33,042 bases of DNA from an uncultured bacterium (GTDB lineage: Bacteria > Patescibacteriota > Minisyncoccia > Phycocordibacterales > CAIZLB01). This document shows, piece after piece, positions 16,267 through 24,192 of the stretch. A program made the translations under genes and the position numbers. Under the pieces are notes generated by a model, which saw nothing but the letters and a program-made list of their open reading frames with translations, made no database searches and was not told the origin of the DNA. The stretch is taken from assembly GCA_903952785.1 (NCBI GenBank), contig CAJBHC010000079.1, positions 1-33,042 of the forward strand, read 5' to 3'. How positions within the stretch are numbered: the stretch's first letter is position 1; each line of letters begins with the position of its first letter.

Positions 16267-16929
16267 CTATTCTTGCCCTGACATATTGATTGGCTTCTCT
16301 ACTGTTCCTGGGTTGAATAATTTATAGAAAAACTCAATAATTTCCTCTGTGCCAAGCTCAGCTACCCTAACTCCACACCTTGCCAACCCTTGCTCCACCA
16401 CATCAACTCTTTGTTGTAGTTGGCTCTTATACTCTTCAAATTGTAAAAATTCCTCATTGTCAGCCTCTTTTTTGTCTTTCTTGCCGCCAAATAGTCCTGA
16501 AAACATCCCACCTTTTTGATTAATTATAGTTGGAGCGTAGGGTACCACAACAAAGAAGCTTTTTGTCATAATATTAACTGATTCTGTCAGATTTCTAATA
16601 AAATCCATATATTCTCTGGTTTGAACCTTCATCAGCTCACTTGCTTGAAACTTAATTCTATCATCTAACAAGTTAATATAAGGGCCAATATCCAACCTTC
16701 TTGATTGAACGAAGATTTGTATTGAAAAGTTGACTGAATTTAAGAAGTTTTGGAATTGATAAAGAACAGATTGTTGTTCTTCTTGGGATTTTAGGGCGAA
16801 GTTAATGGAAGAAGCAAGAAGAACAGCTCTCATTGAACCATCTTTTAGTATTACAATACCATCTCTAACCTCCTTTATTGGAACAAAGTCTTGTGTTGGT
16901 TTTGAGTTTATTTCTGTATTTGTTGCCAT
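16267..16929 (-). CDS. Stand-alone protein resembling the N-terminal domain of Gram-positive VirB4 ATPases
   Basis: TQDFVPIKEVRDGIVILKDGSMRAVLLASSINFALKSQEEQQSVLYQFQNFLNSVNFSIQIFVQSRRLD follows the xQxxIPxxxVxxGIIxxxDG...INFxLxSxEEQ...LNS...QI pattern I recall from the N-termini of Tn916 Orf16-type VirB4 proteins. No TM. Ends 57 nt before virB4, in a different frame. Confidence 0.5.
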   Translation of the reverse strand: MATNTEINSKPTQDFVPIKEVRDGIVILKDGSMRAVLLASSINFALKSQEEQQSVLYQFQNFLNSVNFSIQIFVQSRRLDIGPYINLLDDRIKFQASELMKVQTREYMDFIRNLTESVNIMTKSFFVVVPYAPTIINQKGGMFSGLFGGKKDKKEADNEEFLQFEEYKSQLQQRVDVVEQGLARCGVRVAELGTEEIIEFFYKLFNPGTVEKPINMSGQE

Positions 16930-16934
16930 TTTGA

Positions 16935-17375
16935 TTAATTATATATTATTTTGTCTTTATCACCACTCCTACTGTTTGTCTTTTCATTAATATCTAAACT
17001 CCACGCCAAATCCTTCAGTTTACTACTAGATACTCCAATGTTGATCTTGGGTGCCATTCTTGTTTTTTGTTCATCCAAGGACTGTTTAATTGGTTTTTCT
17101 AATTTTTTGTATGTATATAGTCTGTTTGAAAATATAAAAAAGAAGGCAGCTTCTAGAGTGTCAACAAAAGGCCTCTCGTTTACTTTGTAAAATGCTAGAG
17201 CAAGAGAGGTCATCATTATTGGGATGATTATAAGGAGAGTTACAAGAAATGGAAGTAGTTTATAGAACATGAAAGAAATACCAAGACCCCCAACTAAATA
17301 GACAAACTGTCTAAAGGTTAGGGCCCCAAATATTTTTTCATCCTCTTCAATAAATTGTGGTGTTTGATATCTCAT
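16935..17375 (-). CDS. PrgI-family (VirB3-like) small membrane protein
   Basis: EDEKIFGALTFRQFVYLVGGLGISFMFY plus a second TM LVTLLIIIPIMMTSLALAF. 146 aa, positioned just upstream of the VirB4 genes as in Gram-positive T4SS loci. Confidence 0.65.
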   Translation of the reverse strand: MRYQTPQFIEEDEKIFGALTFRQFVYLVGGLGISFMFYKLLPFLVTLLIIIPIMMTSLALAFYKVNERPFVDTLEAAFFFIFSNRLYTYKKLEKPIKQSLDEQKTRMAPKINIGVSSSKLKDLAWSLDINEKTNSRSGDKDKIIYN

Positions 17376-17388
17376 GTTGTCAAAAACA

Positions 17389-17397
17389 ATTATATCA
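17389..17397 (-). promoter_or_regulatory. Extended -10 box TGATATAAT, 13 nt upstream of the ATG at 17375
   Basis: Minus-strand TGATATAAT (17397-17389) inside the 107-nt gap. It would give a leader of about 6 nt. Confidence 0.4.
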
Positions 17398-17482
17398 CCA
17401 GTGGGCGATTCTCCAAAATCGTCCCTGGGAAGATTTTGCTAAATCTCGAAATTATTCTGCGTCCTCCTTTTTAATATTTTAA

Positions 17483-17839
17483 CTAAATATTTGTTTCGGC
17501 TTTGGTTGCAATGTCTCCAGAAGATTGAATTTTTTGTAAATTTTCTCTAATTGGAACAATAACAAGAAGATCAATATCTTTCACGATTTCCACAGCAGCA
17601 TCCTTTGATAAGTTCATTTTAGATTCCATTTCCGAGATTAAATTTGACGACTCTATCTCGCCAAAAATAAATCTTGCTAATAGATCCTCCAAAACCGCGG
17701 ATTGATCAATGTGGAGTTTGTGTTTTTTGGTTATTGTCTCAAGCCCTAAATCATAATCACTCGTTCTAATAGCTTGTTGAAAGTCTGGTGGAAGTCCATT
17801 AAATTTATTACCTTGTCTTTCTATTGAATTTGCTGTCAT
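17483..17839 (-). CDS. Small cytoplasmic-looking protein, paralogous domain shared with the upstream ORF
   Basis: 118 aa. GLPPDFQQAIRTSDYD...IDQS...IVKDIDLLVIVP aligns without gaps to TLPSDLKERLLMLDYE...KDEQ...IFEEIDRTILVP of ORF 17841-18581. The ATG lies 1 nt after that ORF's stop. Confidence 0.7.
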   Translation of the reverse strand: MTANSIERQGNKFNGLPPDFQQAIRTSDYDLGLETITKKHKLHIDQSAVLEDLLARFIFGEIESSNLISEMESKMNLSKDAAVEIVKDIDLLVIVPIRENLQKIQSSGDIATKAETNI

Positions 17840-17840
17840 T

Positions 17841-18581
17841 TTATTTTGTTTGTTCTCGGTATGGGTCTATTTTATAATATGTTGATTTTAAGGGCTGTGC
17901 AGATGGCTCTGTCAGTTTTCCATTGAGAATATCTTCTTTTGTTGGCATTACCATTGATGCTGGGTTAGATGATTGGATTGGTGGTGTGGGTGTGGTGGTT
18001 GGTGATGATGAAGCTGGTGTTGTTGTCTGGGTTGGTACAATCTCTGGTGTTGGTGGCGTTGTATTTATAACAGGTGTTGGAGTTTGTGTTTGGACAACAG
18101 TTAAGGGTGTGTGTGCTGGAATTGTGGATGGTGCAGGGGTTGGGTTTTCGATTTCTTTTAGAATGTCTTCTGCGGTTTCGGTGGTATCTGCGGATTGATT
18201 GCTTGATTGTTCATTTGAAGCTGTTTTAATTTCTTCCGTGGTTGGCTTTGTATTATCTGTACTAATTGTTTCTGGGGCACCCTGAAGATTGTTTGGCACA
18301 AGTATTGTTCTGTCTATTTCTTCAAAAATATGTTTTGTTTCTTCTTCGTCTTCGATGGCTTCTAGTATGAGTTCAAACATTTCTTGTTTGGAGGCGAAGC
18401 CTAGGGCAACAACCTGAGTTGCATAACTAATATCCCCGATTACCTGTTCATCCTTAATAGATTTAAAGTTAACTATTTTCTTAAAGTTGTCTTCGTAGTC
18501 GAGCATTAACAACCTCTCTTTCAAATCAGAAGGTAGGGTTTGTAATCTGTTTTCAAGTTCTACATTTGTGATATTAATCAT
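17841..18581 (-). CDS. Protein with the same N-terminal domain plus a Pro/Thr-rich tail, unknown function
   Basis: 246 aa. The N-terminal ~100 aa are paralogous to ORF 17483-17839. The C-terminal half is low complexity (TPAPSTIPAHTPLTVVQTQTPTPVINTTPPTPEIVPTQTTTP). Confidence 0.7.
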   Translation of the reverse strand: MINITNVELENRLQTLPSDLKERLLMLDYEDNFKKIVNFKSIKDEQVIGDISYATQVVALGFASKQEMFELILEAIEDEEETKHIFEEIDRTILVPNNLQGAPETISTDNTKPTTEEIKTASNEQSSNQSADTTETAEDILKEIENPTPAPSTIPAHTPLTVVQTQTPTPVINTTPPTPEIVPTQTTTPASSSPTTTPTPPIQSSNPASMVMPTKEDILNGKLTEPSAQPLKSTYYKIDPYREQTK

Positions 18582-18596
18582 GTCTCTTTTGTTTTA

Positions 18597-21255
18597 TTAT
18601 TTTGCTGGTTTATTTTCTACTATTGCACTGTTTGTTCCCCTTCTTGCGTCGTTTTCTTGCCATCTGTTGATATTTTTTTCTACCCCATCGGACGCTTTTT
18701 TAATTTTATTCCTTTGATTTTTAAGATGAAAATTTTCTTTTCCTAAGTCTTTCAGTCTATCCTCTATTATTTGAAGTGCTGGGTCACCAGCACTTAGACT
18801 CGCTGCTTGTGCTCTTAAGGCGGCTGCATTTTGGTTGTTTAAGGAAATTTGACTTGCGAGCCTTGTTATAGGTAGTGTTATTTTTTCCATAACAGTATTT
18901 AGCCCCTTTAGATCCATAGAAGATGACTTTTCCGGCGCATTTTCTATTTTTGTGATGAAATCAGAAATCTCTGCCGCGTCTTCACCCAACTCACCAAACA
19001 CCTCGTCTACTTCTTTTAGTGCTGACAATGCGTCTTTTTTGACCTTGTTTTCTATATCAGCAAAAGCACCTTCTTTTGCAGACATGCCTTTGCTAATAAT
19101 TTCTTGCATGGCCAGTTGTTTACCCTTGTTAAAGCTGTTTGAAGTAACTTCGTTGGTAAATTTATTTTTATTAATTCCAAAATATTCTCTCTGGGCTTCA
19201 CCCCCTTCTTTTTCCTGAGCCTTCTTTCGTTTTATAAACAGGTCATCTGTTTCCCCAGCTCTTCTTATTAATTCACCGGTTCTTGCTTTTTTGATTAAAT
19301 CTCCCCTTGCTTGGTACATTTTTTTATCAGCATCAACTCTTGATCTATAACTTGAACTACCTCCTAATTTAGACTGAGCTAGCTTGTCCGCTCCCTGAAG
19401 AAGCATTCCTCCACCAGGAAGTCTTGAAAGAATACTGCTTTTAGACGCCCTGTCTGCCAAATAGCTAACTGGTGCTGTGGCTCTGGTTGATGCAAACTTC
19501 TTCGCTTTTGTACCCAAACTTTTTCCCCAAGCATTCATTGTTTTTGCTCCAACAGTTCCAATTGATGCCGCCGCTGTCAAACACATTACAAGCATAAAAC
19601 ATAACAAGAAAAAGAAGAAAACAGAGCTCATTCCATAGTCTCCATTGTTTGAAAATATTGCAAGCAGGTCGTTTATCTTGTCGCCCCTACCCCAGACCAT
19701 TTTAAGGGTAACAAACATAAGCAACATATATACCGGCGCAAACAATACAGCACTATTTAATCTTTTCCACCATCTGCTGGATAAACCTGATGTTTGAGGA
19801 AGTATATTTGCAGCAAAAGCAATCGGTGAGGTTACCATTAGCATTATTAAAACAGCTGTTCTTGCTAAAAACATAAAGGATGCGGCAAAGAAAATAAAAG
19901 ACAACATCAGTATAAATATGGAACCACCTAATCCAACTAGCGTCATTTTCCAAGGGTTTAATCCGACCCCCGCTCCACCTTTTTCTGCAATTGCTCCTCC
20001 TGAGTTTACCGCGGGATTATTGCTTGTTTCACTCGCTGTACCCAAAGGAGATCCTCCCCCAGTATCTTTTGCAACACCCCAAATAGTTTGTAGACCAAGT
20101 GCATTCATTATACCTAAAGACAGTTTGTTGTTTGTTAGATTTGATGCACCAGCAGATGCATCAACCAAACCCTTACTAACCGCATTATCGCCAGCTTTTG
20201 CATCACTAGAATTTGCATCAGCCTCAATCATTATCTGTTTATAAAAAACAAGTGCCGTAATATTACTTACGTCTATTATAACCTTGGTAAAAAACATGCT
20301 GAAGTTTATTAAAATTGCAGCAATAACCAATTTCCCTAATAGTTTTTTGTATCCATAACTATCAACTTGTAATATTGTTGATATTGATATAAAAACTAGA
20401 ATCAATATAAAGAACAAATTTATAAGATTTCTAAATACTTCCCATCCATATTGTATTACTGAAAAACTGTTAACAAGGTCTGTCATCGAAAGTGTAAAAC
20501 TGATCGTAAAATCAAATAGTAGCGCCGCTACAAAGAGAACCCATGATGTTAAATACAAAACAAGATATGAGAGTATGGCAACACAGCCTGGTAAACTGAT
20601 GCTTGGTACTACTCCATCCCACTTCATACAGTAAATTTCCTCAGATGATCTTTCCGCTGCTTCTTTTGCGAGGCGGTCTCTAGTGGCTCTATCTGCTGAA
20701 GTATTAAAGTTTACCGCAGGGTCTTCTTTCCATGCAATTATTTTGTCTCTGATTTGTGTATCAATGTTGCTTGATAAATTTGTTTGTTCACTCCTCGATA
20801 GATTTGAGTTTGCAAGACCGTCACGCGTTTTTATTTTGTTTGTTATTAGGGGTAATATAGAATCATAAAGACGTCCTTGCGCAGCTAAATAAGCCGCTTT
20901 TGCTTCTTCTGTTCCTTGGTTTTCATAGTGTTTTCCATAATTATAATCTAAATTAGATCCATCTACGATTACGGCTGTAATCTGCCCCCCCCTCTTTTCG
21001 GACCCCTGATAATAATTCAGTCTCCAAAAGTATCATTCTGTCTGTACAGTTAAATTTTACATAATAATCTCCTGCTGGTAATGGACACCCCGCTGAGTCA
21101 GTGACATTTTCATCTACAACAACCTGAATTATAGGAATATTTGATCCATAGGCTTGTTTAGAATTCAAATTGCCAAGCAAAACCAAAACCACTAAAACCC
21201 CCACCACAAAAATTCTTTTAGTCGCTTTATTGTTTATAAAATTCATCAAGCTCAT
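18597..21255 (-). pseudogene. VirB6/ConG-like polytopic membrane protein with its reading frame broken at a G8 tract (frameshifted, phase-variable or mis-assembled)
   Basis: Piece 1 (21255-20953) is a 100-aa signal-anchored N-terminus. Piece 2's frame is open from 21032 to 18597, but its first ATG/GTG/TTG is at 20627, leaving 135 in-frame codons with no start. The frames swap at the C8 run 20985-20992 (G8 on the coding strand). Removing one G gives a single 885-aa ORF. The body has at least seven hydrophobic segments and a long Lys/Glu-rich C-terminal tail. Confidence 0.7.
20985..20992. repeat. Homopolymer C8 (G8 on the coding strand) at the frame break
   Basis: tctgCCCCCCCCtctt. It is the longest G/C run I noticed in this AT-rich window; the other runs I saw are 6 nt or shorter. 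Confidence 0.95.
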
Positions 21256-21394
21256 TTATCGATAATTATATATCATATTAATGAAAAATAATAATTTTTT
21301 ACACACAGTTCATTAATCTATTATTTTTGTGTAATTATCTTATTCTTTATGCCGATGGTGGAAGCTTTAAAACTTTGTTTATCTGTGGCAAATA

Positions 21395-23320
21395 TTAATC
21401 AACACTACCACCGTTTGCTGCGTCATATTCATAGAGTGACTTATACTCCCAGTTTATTCCAGTGATGCTATTTATTGATTTACCTGTGAGTTGCGTTACG
21501 TTTTGGGCAACATCTATACCAGTAAGAGGTCTTCCATCAAGCCATTTATATGAATTGCTAGCAAATCTATAGTTTGGTATGTAAAAATCTATAATATTTC
21601 TTGGGCAGATATTGCGGTCGTCTCCTGAATCGTCGATTCTAACCAAAACATCAGGGCCCCCAGCAAAGTGGACTACAGCTGGAATTCCTCCATTTGTATA
21701 GCCCATTCCTCTAAGTAGGGTAATTATTTTTGAACAAACACCAACGGAAACACTTGGAATTAGCGGAAAGGCTGCATTTCTTCCTATTCCTCTGTAGCTG
21801 TTTGCATCCCAAATTTTACGCTCGACATTAAATGCAGTTTTAAACTCATACCCATACATTGTAGAGTGGCCGTTTGGCATTGGAATGTATATTGAGTTTG
21901 CTCCAATTTGTGGTGTGCTAAATCCTTGTGATGTTTCACCTGAATATCCCGCTGTTGAGCTCGGTACATTAATTGCTCCTGGTGTGCCGTAATAATTTCC
22001 CTCCGATGGTTGTGAATAATAATTCGGTACAGCTGAATAATAATCAGATGGTCTGGCTTGAGACGCCTCTTTTCCTGTCACATCCTCCAAAACCTTACTT
22101 AAGGCTATTTTAATAAGGTTGTTTACAATAGCATCAACCATTTGATCAAATTTTTGTGCAGAAACAATTCTATCTTTTGGGATATTGAGGGTTGAAGATA
22201 GGGAGTCTGCAATAAGTACGCCCGGTGTTACAGTGTCGCATGGATTTTTATCACTCTCTGGTTTGGTGTTGTCCTTACATTTCTTATAACTCAAAAAACC
22301 TCTGTTTATTGTTAGATCAAGTGTTGCTGTGTTGTTTTTTACATTAATTCTTCTACTTAACTCGTTTCCTGCGTTTATATATGAATAATAAACGTTATTT
22401 TGAGGTTTTATTAGGGCAATCCAATCTGTTGGCGTTGTAATGGTGTATTTTCCAGATTGCATTGCTACCTGTTGCATTTGACTCAAGGAACATGAGTTTC
22501 TTTGTGCATAGTTGCCTGAGTAGCTTCCTGCCAAGCCGGTTGCAATAACAATTCTAAATGGGGCACATACGTTTATACCTGTTGAGTTGTAAGCTAGTTC
22601 ATGTATGAAAGATGCCGCTTCTCTGTCTGCAAGTTGCTTAAAAAATTGTTCTGGGTTTCTAACGAAGGCTGGGTTTCCTTTAAATCCTGAGTTCGCCCAT
22701 TGAATTGTTGAATTAACAATATAATCTATAATTGTATTTACAATACACCACGCTATATCATCCCAGCTAACACCAATTTGAAAGCCTCCAACAAAAGTTC
22801 CTGTACGTGCTTTTGTTTCAGCCTCAATATTCCCTGCTACCCCAGTACCCACAAGTGTAGCGTGAACTTTAGTTGCCAGTTCAACGGCACCACCCAGTAC
22901 TGTTGTAACCTTACTGACAGCTGCGGATACAGAGCTAGTTAAAAGCTTTGATAACAATTGGCTAGCAACACAGCCACTTATGTTTTGTGCTGACCCATAT
23001 TGGTTTTGGGGAGTTATTGCACCAGTGTTACTCCTGTTCGCTGTTGCATTGCTTGGGCCGACATCATCAACGGGAAGGGCTTTTGGAATACCAGATGCCC
23101 CAGCTTGAATATTTAGATTTGCTGCGCTTACACTGTCGCCTATTGCTTGATCATTGGCATCATTAAATAATGCTGGTACAGGAGGAAGCACTTGTGGTCC
23201 ATCATCGTCTTGTTGAGCTTGTGCTGTTTTTGTGTAACCAAGGGTGCAAACCACCATCAATATAATCACAAAATACTTAAACGTGAGCTCGGTTTTTTGA
23301 TTTTTAGTATTTTTGTGCAT
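21395..23320 (-). CDS. Large secreted protein, unknown function; C-terminus weakly resembles a double-psi beta-barrel (RlpA/3D-like) domain
   Basis: 641 aa. Signal peptide FKYFVIILMVVCTLGYTKTAQAQ. The C-terminal PAVVHFAGGPDVLVRIDDSGDDRNICPRNIIDFYIPNYRFA loosely matches the vVrvnDRGP...RiiDLS pattern of RlpA/3D domains. The domain call is low confidence. Confidence 0.75.
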   Translation of the reverse strand: MHKNTKNQKTELTFKYFVIILMVVCTLGYTKTAQAQQDDDGPQVLPPVPALFNDANDQAIGDSVSAANLNIQAGASGIPKALPVDDVGPSNATANRSNTGAITPQNQYGSAQNISGCVASQLLSKLLTSSVSAAVSKVTTVLGGAVELATKVHATLVGTGVAGNIEAETKARTGTFVGGFQIGVSWDDIAWCIVNTIIDYIVNSTIQWANSGFKGNPAFVRNPEQFFKQLADREAASFIHELAYNSTGINVCAPFRIVIATGLAGSYSGNYAQRNSCSLSQMQQVAMQSGKYTITTPTDWIALIKPQNNVYYSYINAGNELSRRINVKNNTATLDLTINRGFLSYKKCKDNTKPESDKNPCDTVTPGVLIADSLSSTLNIPKDRIVSAQKFDQMVDAIVNNLIKIALSKVLEDVTGKEASQARPSDYYSAVPNYYSQPSEGNYYGTPGAINVPSSTAGYSGETSQGFSTPQIGANSIYIPMPNGHSTMYGYEFKTAFNVERKIWDANSYRGIGRNAAFPLIPSVSVGVCSKIITLLRGMGYTNGGIPAVVHFAGGPDVLVRIDDSGDDRNICPRNIIDFYIPNYRFASNSYKWLDGRPLTGIDVAQNVTQLTGKSINSITGINWEYKSLYEYDAANGGSVD

Positions 23321-23341
23321 TTTGACGTATGTTAACGTATA

Positions 23342-24190
23342 TTAATTTGAATTCCAGATCACTCCAATCTCATTATTACCAAATATTATATCATTGTTTT
23401 TAAAATATTTACTAATGTTTGCAAACATTTGATCATTATCCGCGATGGCGTCTTTAGAAGACTTGACTCCAAGAAGTGATTTTACAGGATCTTTGCTTTG
23501 TATATCTATTAATCTGAAAGAATCTGCAATTATTTGGTAATTGTTAACAATAGCAAGGTGGGAACTTGATACTTGTGGAGGAACCTTTATTTTTATAAGT
23601 TCTTTGCTAACATTTTCATATATTGTAGCTATTTCTAACAAACTATTTGAATATTTCTGTTGATTATCCGCAATAATCTTCATGTTTCTTATGTAAATCT
23701 CTGCAAAATTGTTTCCATAGAGCCTAATTTCAGCGTTATCAGAGTTTGTCGTAAAGATAATGCTGTTTATTCCGTACTTTGATCTTGGCAGATCACCTGC
23801 TGAAATTTGGCCCAATGCATTTTGGGCGATATCAGAAACGTTAAGGTCGCTATTCCCCGCCTCTTGATTAACATAGTCAGAATAGACCTGCTTGGCCATT
23901 CTTGCAGTCGCATTATCATTCTCTGTAATTGTGAAAGGGTCCTCTTCTGTCCCAACTTCATCAATTTGCTCTGAACTATCTATTGCAGATAGAATCTTTG
24001 TTACAGTTTCATCTTCTTTGTCCCCTGTTATATTAAAAAGTCTGGCCGATTGTCTTTGATTGGCCAAATCCTGTTGGTTTTTTATATCGGCAATTTTATA
24101 AGAAACAACTCCAGCAATAATGGAGATGCAAATTGCTCCAAGTATTAAAACTTTATTATGAGAATTTTTACTAGAACTTGAATTTTTCAC
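23342..24190 (-). CDS. Signal-anchored protein, unknown function (first ORF of the T4SS-like run)
   Basis: 282 aa. GTG start 2 nt after the rsmA stop. TM VLILGAICISIIAGVVSY. No family recognised. Confidence 0.7.
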   Translation of the reverse strand: MKNSSSSKNSHNKVLILGAICISIIAGVVSYKIADIKNQQDLANQRQSARLFNITGDKEDETVTKILSAIDSSEQIDEVGTEEDPFTITENDNATARMAKQVYSDYVNQEAGNSDLNVSDIAQNALGQISAGDLPRSKYGINSIIFTTNSDNAEIRLYGNNFAEIYIRNMKIIADNQQKYSNSLLEIATIYENVSKELIKIKVPPQVSSSHLAIVNNYQIIADSFRLIDIQSKDPVKSLLGVKSSKDAIADNDQMFANISKYFKNNDIIFGNNEIGVIWNSN

Positions 24191-24192
24191 AG

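Noticed and set aside
17453-17469. Perfect AAGGAGG on the minus strand in the gap before the PrgI-like gene
   Set aside because: No ATG/GTG/TTG follows within a usable distance (the next in-phase codons are ATA/ATT and only a 21-codon frame). Other genes here lack SD sequences, so it is most likely a chance match.
17923-18198. Gly/Val-rich plus-strand ORF (likewise 11380-11679 and 19918-20244)
   Set aside because: These are mirror images of Pro/Thr/Ser-rich or membrane-protein coding sequence on the minus strand, so they are typical antisense artefacts.
20683-20868. 61-aa plus-strand ORF in the apparent gap upstream of the VirB6-like ORF
   Set aside because: It is antisense to 135 coding-looking codons that are in frame with the large minus-strand ORF. 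The gap is better explained by the G8 frame break.
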